In this document: in pieces, positions 27,301 through 37,900 of the stretch
Numbering within the stretch: position 1 is the first letter of the stretch
How the letters are laid out: each line of letters opens with the position of its first letter
NCBI RefSeq assembly: GCF_001194135.2
Contig: NC_068991.1
Span: 67,179,729-67,243,728, forward strand
Source of the DNA: Octopus bimaculoides
Lineage: Eukaryota
Length of the DNA: 64,000 nt
Direction: 5' to 3'
The notes under the pieces: generated by a model
The model's database searches: none
Told to the model about the DNA's origin: nothing
What the model saw: the letters and a program-made list of their open reading frames with translations, nothing else
Made by a program: the position numbers and the translations under genes

Positions 27301-28237
27301 TTTACCAGTCGCCACAGAAAAGGTTGGGGTTTTTTTTTGAACAACTTTAGCACTGATCTCTTTTAATGTATAATTTTATAGTAATCACTTTAACTCTTTT
27401 GTTACCTTTTGTTTTCTGTTGAGATGTTTTGTTTCTTTCAATTAATTTTAAATATAACCAAAAATTTAATAAAATAACTTAGTTATCATTAAGCTAGTGT
27501 TAGGAACATAAGTTGTGACTAAGGTTTGGTGGAAAATATTAATTCAGAACAAGACATTTGTACTACAGAGCCAGAGGCAGTTTCAGCCAGGGTCGTATCA
27601 AAAGGGTTAATTAGCAGAAATGTGAAGCTGGAATGTGATTTCAAGAACTTTATGTAAGTTACTACACAAACTTCCACACAATCTTAACCCTTTAGTATTC
27701 AGATTACTTTGTCAAATGTAATGCTTATTGTTCCTAACATTTTCCTTACCTTGGATCCCTTTTATTTAAATGAATATTCTCAAGGATCCTAGGCTTTTAA
27801 AAGGTCTGCCAACACAAATTTTGCACTCAGCTCATAGACCCCCAAAGGATTTGAAAACCCCAAGTTGGTATCTGTTGGTATCCATAAAGTAATACAATTT
27901 CCTCCTTAAATTGAAATTTTATTATAGACTCAGCATCTTCCTATAACTAACATTGAAAGATAAATTAGATGAGTAGAAGTATTACTAAAATTAAGATGAG
28001 CTTATCCTGAAATAATGTTTCAAGATTTTTTATTTCTAGCGTCAAGAAAACGACCTGGCAACTCTTGAGAAAGCTTCTATAAATACGAATCACAGCAACA
28101 AAAAACTCACAGAGTCTCAGACAGATTTAACTCCGTCAAAACAACATTCTGTAAATCACTTGGACTTTTTACTTCAAGCTCACAGTTTATCCAATGAAGA
28201 TTTTCTCAACTCTTTACCCGAACAGTCAACTCGTTAA
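1542..28237 (+). CDS. CEP128: Centrosomal protein CEP128-like coiled-coil protein, 5'-partial, 22 coding exons, 2316 nt / 771 aa in window
   Basis: 22 exons with AG/GT boundaries join in one frame to TAA at 28235-28237. KTQEAIKQWKQK resembles vertebrate CEP128 KAQEAIRQWKLK, and DPNLWVAEIKNKLCWLQCE resembles DPHRWLAESKTKLQWLCEE (recalled sequence). Confidence 0.85.
2166..2329 (+). CDS. CEP128: CEP128 exon
   Basis: ttag|TG..GAG|gtaaag; LESEREKEKQRLDKELQELRQHL..SDHIE. Confidence 0.9.
3297..3562 (+). CDS. CEP128: CEP128 exon
   Basis: gcag|GTA..CA|gtgagt; VLTKDIENRD..KTQEAIK. Confidence 0.92.
4454..4628 (+). CDS. CEP128: CEP128 exon
   Basis: ttag|A..TTA|gtgagt; WKQKVLELEKEL..RELTDAL. Confidence 0.92.
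4756..4875 (+). CDS. CEP128: CEP128 exon
   Basis: tcag|GCT..AAG|gtaatc; AVKANQEEQLRLK..NSQIEK. Confidence 0.9.
5134..5544 (+). mobile_element. mariner 3' end (transposase C-terminus plus TIR), interrupted by a MITE
   Basis: LPDKWEAVIEVDGEYAPE*; terminal GCCGCAGTAATTATGCACCAACCCAATA resembles Hsmar1-type TIRs. Confidence 0.75.
5199..5458. mobile_element. piggyBac-like MITE, 260 bp
   Basis: TTAA TSDs (5195-5198, 5459-5462); perfect 12-bp TIR CCCATAAACTGC/GCAGTTTATGGG. Confidence 0.85.
5718..5849 (+). CDS. CEP128: CEP128 exon
   Basis: tcag|ATT..AAG|gtgagt; IEQELHQYQLN..HAQQLK. Confidence 0.9.
7335..7409 (+). CDS. CEP128: CEP128 exon
   Basis: acag|TAT..CAG|gtaagt; YQLQELSQAKADLSSQVNEIMDQRQ. 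Confidence 0.87.
7539..7625 (+). CDS. CEP128: CEP128 exon
   Basis: ccag|GAT..GAG|gtatga; DLRQENVNLEQRELHLKQQTEDLKIQMKE. Confidence 0.88.
7811..8071 (+). mobile_element. tRNA-derived SINE
   Basis: A/B boxes (TGGCTTAGTGG, GGTTTCGATTCC); 14-bp TSD TAATATTATAATAT at 7797-7810 and 8072-8085. Confidence 0.85.
9180..9500. repeat. degenerate (TGTAG/TGTGG)n low-complexity tract
   Basis: Read directly; abuts N gap 8576-9178. Confidence 0.75.
9744..9803 (+). CDS. CEP128: CEP128 exon
   Basis: tcag|AAC..AGA|gtgagt; NRENYFSTIESLKTELKETR. Confidence 0.85.
9861..10116 (-). mobile_element. RTE-clade LINE reverse transcriptase fragment
   Basis: KLEVVDSSCCLGDQISSGGVCSESIAVRIRLDWTKFRELLPLLATKGLSLRVKGRLFDACVRTAM. 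Confidence 0.88.
10119..10151 (+). pseudogene. 5' exon fragment of tRNA-Tyr(GTA), no 3' half
   Basis: CGATAGCTCAGTTGGTAGAGCGGAGGACTGTAG matches canonical eukaryotic tRNA-Tyr positions 5-37; anticodon GTA at 10148-10150. Confidence 0.8.
10176..10404. mobile_element. Tc1/mariner-type MITE
   Basis: ~37-bp TIRs (CGGGGTTGGCCAAAAGTCA..AGTAAATCAAAA / TTTTGATTTACT..TGACTTTTGGCCAACCCTA), TA flanks. Confidence 0.85.
11374..11760 (+). mobile_element. RTE-clade LINE 3' end
   Basis: REMCGVRLFDKRRNEDL..NGVRWYEYVLRRDEEHVLRR..GRPRKRW followed by (GAT)n tail. Confidence 0.88.
12377..12463 (+). CDS. CEP128: CEP128 exon
   Basis: tcag|GCT..AAA|gtaagt; AREVRNNQLFTKHLNEVKAEHNASLHSLK. Confidence 0.87.
12588..13010 (+). 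mobile_element. tRNA-derived SINE family B copy (GGCTGTGTGGTAAG head, internal (GT)n)
   Basis: High similarity to copies at 39580-39912, 52138-52587, 58030-58425, 22898-23170, 51170-51415. Confidence 0.85.
13375..13472 (+). CDS. CEP128: CEP128 exon
   Basis: ccag|TTT..AG|gttagt; FELAEERSVHKRTQQQYDQQRAENDQLHQNVS. Confidence 0.87.
13475..14100 (-). mobile_element. CR1/L2-type LINE 3' fragment with (ATT)n tail
   Basis: Minus strand reads RKHFSTLGDAEAWNKLLASVVSCRSTASFK, typical of the CR1/L2 RT C-terminus. Confidence 0.7.
14170..14236 (+). CDS. CEP128: CEP128 exon
   Basis: tcag|A..AAG|gtgagc; LEEENNKLLTKLEKSFEDLKSK. Confidence 0.87.
14596..14621 (+). CDS. CEP128: CEP128 26-nt microexon
   Basis: tcag|GAA..AG|gtaagg; ELLAADVK(R); needed to bridge phase 0 to phase 2. 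Confidence 0.8.
15258..15327 (+). CDS. CEP128: CEP128 exon
   Basis: ccag|G..ATG|gtgagt; IRDLEEQLYEAFSKMKKMEKNEM. Confidence 0.83.
16933..17019 (+). CDS. CEP128: CEP128 exon
   Basis: acag|GAT..AAG|gtttgt; DYLGSISSNVDSVLHALKLQNASYPDNFK. Confidence 0.83.
17086..17481 (+). mobile_element. SINE-like family A copy (GGTTGGCGTTAGGAAGGGCATCC core, (GAT)n tail)
   Basis: Similar copies at 25203-25590, 47651-48100, 60785-61166, 63386-63554 (+) and 33679-34168, 36661-37030 (-). Confidence 0.85.
17831..17896 (+). CDS. CEP128: CEP128 exon
   Basis: ccag|GCT..AAA|gtaagt; AEPSVSLAQQFDDPNLWVAEIK (conserved motif). Confidence 0.88.
17977..18327 (+). mobile_element. tRNA-derived SINE family D copy, (CAA) tail
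   Basis: 12-bp TSD ATTCAGTTGGTT at 17965-17976 and 18328-18339; near-identical to 48541-48904. Confidence 0.88.
19185..19335 (+). CDS. CEP128: CEP128 exon
   Basis: gaag|AAC..G|gtttgt; NKLCWLQCEIQ..ETSTTGA. Confidence 0.82.
19459..19499 (+). CDS. CEP128: CEP128 41-nt exon
   Basis: acag|GA..AAG|gtgaga; MNFEGKKSGTPLK; restores phase 0. Confidence 0.75.
20412..22532 (-). mobile_element. internally deleted hAT transposon with frameshifted BED-finger transposase fragment
   Basis: 12-bp TIR CAGTGGTGGGCA/TGCTCACCACTG; 8-bp flanks TTAGAGAG/CTACAGAG (6/8); GCTAA-rich subtermini; FRCIMCQPK..NLKLHVKKKHP BED finger and Hermes-DBD-like IVDLFVNNMLPLHVVE..LIKTLNP at 21501-22140. Confidence 0.85.
20944..21265. 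mobile_element. foldback/MITE with ~100-bp inverted arms
   Basis: 20944-21043 is the near-exact reverse complement of 21163-21265. Confidence 0.85.
23842..23970 (+). CDS. CEP128: CEP128 exon
   Basis: tcag|GAA..AGG|gtatct; ENMTQISDCVVK..VIDEMEDFR. Confidence 0.78.
24870..24907 (+). CDS. CEP128: CEP128 38-nt exon
   Basis: atag|GAA..AA|gtaagt; EIERGKIEKRYL(K). Confidence 0.78.
25203..25590 (+). mobile_element. SINE-like family A copy
   Basis: Same core and (GAT)n tail as 17086-17481. Confidence 0.85.
27262..27322 (+). CDS. CEP128: CEP128 exon
   Basis: aaag|G..AAG|gttggg; LQETMRSLQQELDLPVATEK. Confidence 0.75.
27394..27606. mobile_element. piggyBac-like MITE
   Basis: TTAA|CTCTTTTGTTACC...GTATCAAAAGGG|TTAA; inverted relative of 28238-28448. 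Confidence 0.65.
28040..28237 (+). CDS. CEP128: CEP128 terminal coding exon
   Basis: ctag|CGT..TAA; RQENDLATLEK..LPEQSTR*. Confidence 0.75.
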   Translation, partial: RQENDLATLEKASINTNHSNKKLTESQTDLTPSKQHSVNHLDFLLQAHSLSNEDFLNSLPEQSTR

Positions 28238-28448
28238 CCCTTTGAATGACAACAACCTACCCAAGGCCACATCTGGTTTTATAAAACAAGCTTTCTGCTT
28301 TAAAAGTATCTATATTAAAAGCCATCATTAAATTTTTATGTTAATTTGTGATCCAAATACTAGTTTAATAGCAATTAAATACTTCATTCTTTTCAAAATT
28401 AATTGAAAAAAGACAGCTTATTTCTGTAGAAATATGGTAACGAAAGGG
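28238..28448. mobile_element. piggyBac-like MITE starting at the CEP128 stop codon
   Basis: TTAA|CCCTTT...GGTAACGAAAGGG|TCAA. Confidence 0.65.
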
Positions 28449-31400
28449 TCAACTGACATCAATTTAACATTTAACCATATACTTTCTTCAATATGAAGGT
28501 TTCTAATTTCTAGAATTAGTACTTTAGAGGTTTTTTTTAATACACACACACACATCCGCATGTGTGTGTTGTGTGTAAATAATATTCAAATTGCAATGAC
28601 AGTTAATTAACCAAAGAGTAGGAGCTCAAGAAAATGGTGATGGTCTGTGTTGGCAATTAATAAGCATAAATCTATTCAAAACTTTTTGAACCATTTATAT
28701 CACTATTTAGCCTATTCATAAGCCACAACTCTGAGATGGTGATTCGTTGCAGCTGTTATTCAAAATAATCTGAGTGAAGAGGAGTTAACTCAACAATATG
28801 AACATAAGCACCAAACATATATTTTCATATCCATTCATTTTATGATAAACAGTTGAGTATAATATAATCAATTTGATTGATTACAACTGGAAATTTGTAT
28901 TTTCTCCCTTCTATTAAAATAAAAATATTTAAACTGACCAAAATTTATATTTACTCCACCATCACAGAAACTCATTAAATCCTTTTAACACCAGTCCACC
29001 TGACACAAAACTCTTGTTCTTTGGATACTAACTTCTTGTTTTAACTCTCCGGCTTATTTATTCACATTCATTTCAATTAATCATGCATTACCTTGTAGCC
29101 TTGAGATTACAATGACGTGATTGTGTATTTCTAGAATAATATTGTAGGGTAAGTGTGAGAGGCTGGATCTGGCCAGTTTGAACATAAAACAAGTAGAATA
29201 TTTTGCCCTGATATGGCCGGTTTAAATGCTAAAAAGTTAAACAGAACTAAAACTCTCCCTTCCAAACACCAGCTTAATTACGACAAAATTATTTTACTAA
29301 ATTCTTGACTGTTTTCAGAATTATTTGGAACAAAGTATATTTCAACAGAAATTCAGTAGATCATAATCTAAATTGTTATTACCAATCATTTCTACAGAAT
29401 GTGATTTATTAATGAAGGTCCAAGGGTAACAACATTGTCATATATTCCTCAATTTAGTACCAGAATTCATCTTTCGTACATAGATCTGGTACAGACTAGA
29501 GTGGTTGTGTATTTGTAGAAGAATCCTCTTTCCTACACCTGACTTGGACCCCAAGACAATTGTCTACCTCACGACAGCATGGAAAATGGACACGAAATAA
29601 CAACGATCATAGAAAATTCCCTGTTGTAGATTTCTTTCTGTTATTTAAAGAAAATCTTGATAACTGTGCTCTACTAACACCATAGAGTGCAGAGGCTGAG
29701 AAAACTAGATGTCCTTCATATAACTGGAGTTGTTTCTCACATGAATGCCAGAGCAAAAAATGGTACACAATTCAAAGAGGCCAGTGACTTCAATTAAAAA
29801 ACAAATGTTTCCTTCTCGAGCCATGCCAGGCTCATAAGGGCCAGTTTCCCGATTTCAGTGGCATACATATTCCCCACCTGGACAGGATGCTAGTCCATCA
29901 TAGGATTACTCATTTTTGCCAGCCAAGTGGACTGGAGCAATGTGATATAAAATGTTTTGCTCAAGAACACAATGCATTGCCCGGTTCAGGAAGTGAAACC
30001 ACAATCTTATGATCATGAGTCCAACACCCTAACCACTAAGCCACATGCCTCCAAAATGACTTCAAATACCTGGGGTCTTACGTTGATGACAGTCAGAAAG
30101 ACTTTCCGACACGCAAGCCTGCCAGCCCAGCCAAACTGTCCAACTGATGCCAGCAGGGACAACAGACGTTAAATGATGATGATAATTCCACCCACCTTTA
30201 CTATTGTAGCACAAAGAAGGGTAGTATTCGCCAGCCACTGCTATTTTGCTGCAGCAACAGGCCATATCAGATATTATATTTTGGAGACTTCTACATCCTA
30301 ATGGGAGACCACTGAAGTACATGGATGTAACTGGTAGAGACACATGACATGAAACTGAGGACCGACCAGAGTTTCTTGGCACAGCATTGTGATATACATC
30401 TCCGATTGTGGCACAACAAAGAAAGTTTACAATATATGACTCCTTGTACCGCAATTACTTAGTCACAGTGGCCAAACTAACTCCACTATATTGAACAGTT
30501 TTAAAGAGCGGCAAAGTTATTAATAAATGATGGGGAATTAAACCCAAGTCACTGAAGCAACATCTTAAATTTCAGAAGTCCTCAAAATTTGAAAATTATA
30601 AAAAGGTTTTAAATTCCGCACTTAGCAATATTATTAACAGGTATCTTGTGTGCCTAGCAGTTAATTGGTTGTATTAGCTTAATTTAGAAAACAAACTGGA
30701 ATAAAACTGCTTTAGCAGTTAGTAGCAACAAGAGGTCCTTATACTAACTGAAAATTCAACAATTCTCTTTTTTACAGTGTTAACAAAATTTATTACAATT
30801 AAATTCAAAATGATACTTTTTCATAAATAAAAATTATAAATTAAAATATTATGTACATTAAATAGAAAAAGTTCAAATATGAAGTTCAGTCCGTCAATCT
30901 CTCCATTCAAAGTGAGAAATTATAAAACCAAGAACAAAGACACAAAAAGAGAAAGAGAAACAGAACAGCTGGAAGAGGGAAAGAGAGAGAGAGACAGAGA
31001 AAGAGACAGAGAGAGCAACAGGTGGAGGAAAATAGAGCGAAATGAAAAATCTAACTTGTAAACGAGAAGTTTTATAAGCAACTTCTCCAGCAAATTTGGT
31101 TTGAACATCATAGAGATTCCGAAACATGATTTTTTTTTTTAGTGGGGAAAGGGAATTAGCTATAATGGGTGAAAAAAAAAAAAAAAAAANNNNNNNNNNN
31201 NNNNNNNNNNNNNNNNNNNNNNNNNNNNNNNNNNNNNNNNNNNNNNNNNNNNNNNNNNNNNNNNNNNNNNNNNNNNNNNNNNNNNNNNNNNNNNNNNNNN
31301 NNNNNNNNNNNNNNNNNNNNNNNNNNNNNNNNNNNNNNNNNNNNNNNNNNNNNNNNNNNNNNNNNNNNNNNNNNNNNNNNNNNNNNNNNNNNNNNNNNNN

Positions 31401-31802
31401 NNNNNNNNNNNNNNNNNNNNNNNNNNNNNNNNNNNNNNNNNNNNNNNNNNNNNNNNNNNNNNNNNNNNNNNNNNNNNNNNNNNNNNNNNNNNNNNNNNNN
31501 NNNNNNNNNNNNNNNNNNNNNNNNNNNNNNNNNNNNNNTTTTTTGTACTATGTCACTAAATCATAAAGACTGTCAAAAGAAACACAAAAGAAAAAAAAAA
31601 AAAAGAAAGGAAAAGAAAAGAAAAACTGTAGGTTGATTTGTCCTGAGATAGCTGCTGGCTGACATCTGACAGGTGTGCAGAGTAGGAGTTACATCAAATG
31701 GACAAGGGCTGGCCGGTCGTCCCAGTACGTGTGGAGAAATTGCGAACCAGCTCTTATTACAGTAGCCATAAACCGGTTACAGCTGGCTTCAAGCAAAATC
31801 AA

Positions 31803-31944
31803 TTACAAATTCCACCATTCATAGCTGACCTGGCTGTTATTGGACTCAAGATTATGGACAATAGTTTCTGGAATTTCATGCTGGAACCAAAGGCGGTGCA
31901 GTTGCTTGTAGTGTTCTTCACTGAGACAGAGGGGATTGCCTCTC
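31803..31944 (-). CDS. UBR2: UBR terminal coding exon
   Basis: [46 protein letters not shown]; stop TAA at 31803-31805. Confidence 0.96.
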
Positions 31945-34900
31945 CTGAAAAACAAATTACAATGATTTTTTATTAGAGTTAAACTAAATGGGGAAACTAT
32001 TGTACAATGGAATGATTAATCGCATATTTATTCTTAACACTTAAAAGCACCCAGTCCACACTGTAAAGTGGTTGGTGCTCAGAAGGGCATCCAGCTGTAA
32101 AAAACCTTTGCCAAAATTGACCCCACATGTGCTTTGTCACATAAAAAGCACTAAGTCCACTCTGCTGAATGGTTGGTGTTAGGAAGGGCATCGAAGCTGC
32201 CAAAACAGTCACAGAAGTCTGGTGCAGGGTTTGGCCTGGCCAGCTTTTGTGGTACCATCCCACCCATGCTAGCATGGAACACAGACGTTAAATGATGATG
32301 GTGATGACATCTAGGCAGGTTCAGAAGCAAAATATGCTAATCACAATAATGTATGTCATAGGAGAATGACTTCTTCCTTTTATGACAGTGTGTTCAATAC
32401 ACTCAGCTTATTGGCACAGCATTCTGGGACACTGGTGTTTTGACACACAGCATTTCATCAGCCAGAATCAGCTGAAACCCTAGGCCTAGACAAAGCTGCT
32501 GGCTTTGTTTATACTTTCAGATCTACAGACTTATAAAAAAAATTGTTATTTGAACACTGTACAGTGAGATCTGCAAAGATTAATCCCATATTTATTCCTG
32601 GCATGTCTAAGCAGGTTCAGACACAAAATATGCTGGTCATTGTAGTGTACATCATAGGAGGAGAATAACTTCTCCCTTTTATGATAACAGTGCCTTCTGT
32701 TGTATAAGGGTACCTTCAATTGGGAGTTGAGATATTGTTTCCGTTCAGGACAGTTAGGTAAAAAAAAATGGTGTGGTTGAGAAGCTTGCTTTCCAACCGT
32801 GTGACCTTGGATTCAGTCCTACTGTGGTGCACCTTGGGCAAGTCTTCTACTATAGCCCAGACTGACCAAAGCCTTGAGAGTGGATTTGGTAGACAGAAAC
32901 TGAAAGAAGCCCATCATATATTGTGTATGTATGTGTGTGTGTAAGTGTGTATGTACCCTTATGCAGATAAAGTTATGGTTGTAAATGACCATCATCTTAC
33001 AAATGAGGCTGTTCGTCATCACACGTGTGTGTCTTTGTCCTTCACCACCACCACCACCACTTGACAACTAGTGTTGGTGTGTTTACATCCCTGTAACTTA
33101 GCCGTTCTGCAAAAGACCCTGGTAGAATAAGNNNNNNNNNNTAGTGTTGGTGTGTTTACATCCCTGTAACTTAGCCGTTCTGCAAAAGACCCTGGTAGAA
33201 TAAGTACCAGGCTTTAAAAAAAAAAAAGCCTAAGGTTGATTCATTTCATTAAAAAATCCTTAATGGGGATGCCCCAGCATGGCCACAGTCTAATGACTGA
33301 AACTAGTAACAGAGATAAAATATAAAAGATATTTTAAGAGGTGAAATGATGAAGGACTGGGTTCGAGATCGGTCAGTAACACTGCAGCTCCACTGTTTTA
33401 GGGGAAGAATTTGAGACAACATGAATGAAAGAGCAGAGGTTTGTGAAAATAAATATAAAAAGTTATAAGAGTATTGACGAACAAATAAGAGACTCACTTT
33501 AGCAGCTGATCAGTTTCCCCATAATCATCAAGGTAGGGAGCTGTTTGAAAACAGCCTTTGTTCTGGCCAGCTAGCAAAAATATCTGACAATCACGTATTC
33601 TGCAAAGAAAGACCAAACAAAAAAATTTTTTTTTTTAAATAATGATCAGCAAACAATTCACAAAGGCAATTATCTATCATCATCATCGTTTAACATCCGC
33701 TTTCCATGCTAGCATGGGTTGGACGATTTGACTGAGGACTGGTGGACCAGGAGGCGACACCAGGCTCCAATCTGATCTGGCAGAATTTCTACAGCTGGAT
33801 GCCCTTCCTAACGCCAACCACTCCGAGAGTGTAGTGGGTGCTTTTACGTGCCACATGCACGAAGGCCAGTCAGGCGGTACTGGTAATAGCCATGCTCAAA
33901 ATAGTGTATTTTATGTGCCACCCGCACAAGAGCCAGTCTGATGGCACTGGCAACGACCTCGCTCGAATGTCTTTTCACGTGCCAGGAAGGCGACGCTGGT
34001 AACGATTATGCCCAAATGGTGCTATTTACATGCCACTGGCACGGAAGCCAGACAGCTGCTCTGGCAACGATCACGCTTGGATGGTGCTCTTAACGCTCCA
34101 CTGGCACAGGTGCCATCATGATTTCGCTTTCACTAGCCCGAGATGCCATCACAATTTCGCGTTCACTTAACATTACCATTATCAGTTTAATGTCACTTTT
34201 CTACATTGTTATAACGGCCAGGACAACTTTGTTAAACAGCATATGGTTGTTCCCATGAGTTCTGCATTATTGTACCTGTGATGTTTTGACTTCATCACCA
34301 ACAACTCTACTGCTTACAATGGCCTGGTTCTACCAGGAGCATTGTCCAGTGTCATTAATGTTGTCCATAATAGTGTGGTCATCATCCTAACTGCATTAAA
34401 CATGAGCTGACAAAGGAGCTTCTGCACAGTCTATTTACTAAAACTTAACACCCAAATTACTCTTCAATTATATTTTGCAGTCTTAGAAAAAATAACAAAA
34501 AAATTTTTTTAAAAAGACACTTGAAAATTTTAGTCCTAGATACATTGTGAACAAAAGACAGAATGGCTAGAATGTCTTTGATTATAAGTTTGCAAGAGCA
34601 GGTCTGACCTGGGATTAAATAATAATACCCAAATGTTTTCAGATTTCCCATTACCATTCAATATCGTGTATTTAGCAGACCAAACTTAATTCAGTCCACT
34701 ACAGAGAAGTAAACATGTCCCATAATCATACAGTTATTAGTCTATAATCAGACTGACACAGGGTTAATATACTGGTTTCATATTTTGGCACAAAGCCAGC
34801 AAGCTCAGGGAAAGGAGCAAGTCAATTACATCGACCCCAGTATGCAACTGGTACTTATTTTATCATCTCTGGAAGGATGAAAAACATAGTCAATCTCGGT

Positions 34901-37900
34901 GGAATTTGAACTCAAACGTAAAGATGAATGAAATACTGTAAAGCCCAGTGTGCTAATGATTCTGTCAGCTCACAGCCTTAAAGGGCTCATCTATTAAATT
35001 CACCGGCTTATCAAGCATACAATCGGACAGATTAGCATAAAATATAAATTCAATAACAATTGTGTGTGCGTATACAAGCCATATTTACCTGAGGAATATC
35101 CCAATACCAGCACCACAAACATGTGAGTGTGCAGTTGCTGCACCAACTAATTTTTTGTCCACTTCTACTTGACAGCAGTAGCTATGGGAACAGAGGACTT
35201 GACCACAGACAAGGCACATTGTTGGTACACGGCTCTCATCTCCAGATGACCGGGGACAGCTGTGGAAGGCGGGGAAAAAAAAAGATTATAAATAAACTGC
35301 ATAATATTAGAACTACAGAACAGTAAACAACCAACAACATCAATCAGTAAACAACAGTGAACGATTATTTCCAGCCTCTGGGTGGGATACGTTAATATTT
35401 AGCTCCAATGTTTTACAGATTGTTGCTTTCCAGACTCCCTCCCTGTTGAAACTTGTCCCAACACCAATTAGTTAATACCAGTTTTATGTTAGTGTTTAAT
35501 TCTTCAGCATTTAAACTGACCATATCCGGCCAAAAATATCCTACATGTTTCATGTTCAAACTGACCAGATCCAGCCTCTCACACCCACTCTACAATGTCA
35601 TTTGAACAGTAAACAATCACGTCATCAAAATCTCAAAGCTATGAGATAATGCATGATTAATTCAAACCAATGTGAATAAATAAGCATCACATTTGGCAGG
35701 GGAATCTGAACGCTAAAGGGCTGGATAAGTTGAAACACAAATCTTCTGCTATACATCTTGACATCTAAACAACTGAAACCCCAAATCAGCCATTGTTGGA
35801 TAAATGTATCTGAGGGTGTTTGGATAAATGTATCAGAGTATTTGTAATTACAGAAAAAGGAGTTTGAGCGGTTACTCTTGTATGTGTATGTGTGTGCCCC
35901 CATGCATGCACATATTTAGGAGGATATTTCAAAATAGATGGCAGATGTTATTAATTTATCTACTTTGTAAGGTTAGAAATGTATCAATATTGGCAATTAG
36001 ACTTACGTGTAACTTGAAACTTGATTCATTAGTTCACTGTAATCGTTAGGTAACTTGACCAAATGATTCAGTGGTAAAGGATATCTAATAATCTTCTGGT
36101 TACTTGCTGTGAAGTGGTCTTTGATGGATGGATGGCTGCACCACCTGTGAAAAGATACAAATTATGAAGAAACAACACATACATACATACATATATATAT
36201 ATTGTAGGTAAAGAGAAGTAGGCATGGTTATATGATTAAGAACTTCACTTCACAGCCTTGTGGCTTCATGATTGGTCCAACTGTGTAACATCTTGGACGT
36301 TTACCATAACCTCCAGTTGATTAATGCCTTGTGAATGGAATTGGTACACGAAAACCATACAGAAGCTTGTGTGTGTATATGTATAAAGGCATAGATTGAT
36401 AGGTAAAAGGTTGAGAAATACTGGTTTAGATTGATAGAACAGTGCATGCTTTAAAGTAAATATACACCAAACCATTGTCATGCACTAACTGCTGAACTCG
36501 GCTGAGATGACTGCCGTCAGTGCAACCTAGTTGCCTGGTAACAAACCGTTGTCGTGGGGTTAAGTTAGGGTATAAAGAAAAGACAGCTTATGCAAGTCAA
36601 GTGAAGCAGAAAAATGTATCTCACTCCAAATTCAAAAGAATGTGTATGACATTTTAATATCATCATCATCATTTAACGTCCGCTTTCCATGCTAGCATGG
36701 GTTGGACGATTTGACTGAGGACTGGTGAAACCGGATGGCAACACCAGGCTCCAGTCTGATTTGGCAGAGTTTCTACAGCTGGATGCCCTTCCTAACGCCA
36801 ACCACTCAGAGAGTGTAGTGGGTGCTTTTACGTGCCAGTCCGGCGGTACTGGCAACGGCCACGCTCAAATGGTGTTTTTTACGTGCCACCTGCACAGGAG
36901 TCAGTCCAATGTTTTGTTCACATGCCACCAGCACAAGTGCCAGTAAGGTGAAGCTGGAAACGATTGCGCTCAAATGGTGCTTTTTACGTGCCACCGGCAC
37001 AGGAGCGAGACCGCTGCTCTGGTAGCGATCCCGCTATTTAACAATTTTCAATAATCTAATTCAGGTTATTAATTGGGGAAAGCATGATTAGTATTACATA
37101 TCTTCATTAATTAGACATTTTGATATGAGTTTATAGAGGACCTAGTGTTAGAACAATGACATTTCTAAAAGGATTTATGTGAAAAAAGAAAAGCATTATT
37201 AAAAGAAAGATTTAACAAACCTAGCCATGAGTTCAGAAATAATATCTCCTTGATTTTCAAATAATGTAGTCAATTTTGAAGGGAGAGCTAAAAATCGACA
37301 AACAAATTCAAACTGGTTGCTGGAGTTCTCTGAAGAGAGAGAGAGAGAGAGATAAAAAAGTTGGGGTTTATAACTTCTTGGCCAGAAATAGTACAACTAT
37401 TAGTCTAATACAAATAAAACAAAATACTAAACTGACTATTTCATTTTTGTATTTGGTTTGCCAGATTCTTGATGTGAACTTATGTTGAAACATATTCTGC
37501 TGTATCTTGGGAGGGTCATAATGCCAATAATAAACACACACACACACAAGTATTATTTCACTTCTTTTACTATTATCATTATTAGTATGGTAGTGAGCTG
37601 GCAGAGTCATTAGCATGCCAGGCAAAATGGTCAACAGCATTTCATCCATCTTTATGTGCTGAGTTTAAATTCCACTTAGCCTTTCAAGGTCAATAGAATA
37701 AGTACTGATGAGCAACGGTGTCCATGTAATCCGCTTACCTTTCCTCAGAAAGTGCTAGCCTTGTGTCAAAATTTGAAATTATTATTATTTTTAGTCAATT
37801 GGTTAATATTATTATTATCAGTCAATTGGTTAATCATCTAACCAATTGACTAATCGATTGTTTGGTCAAAGTCCTTTTCTCACTATTTGTACTCTCATCA

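Noticed and set aside
30062-30454. 130-aa minus-strand ORF between the two genes
   Set aside because: The second half is a decayed family A SINE, there is no recognisable domain or splice support, and it is probably UBR 3' UTR or intergenic.
33069-33204. Exact 63-bp direct repeat
   Set aside because: The two copies sit on either side of a 10-N scaffold join, which indicates an unmerged contig overlap.
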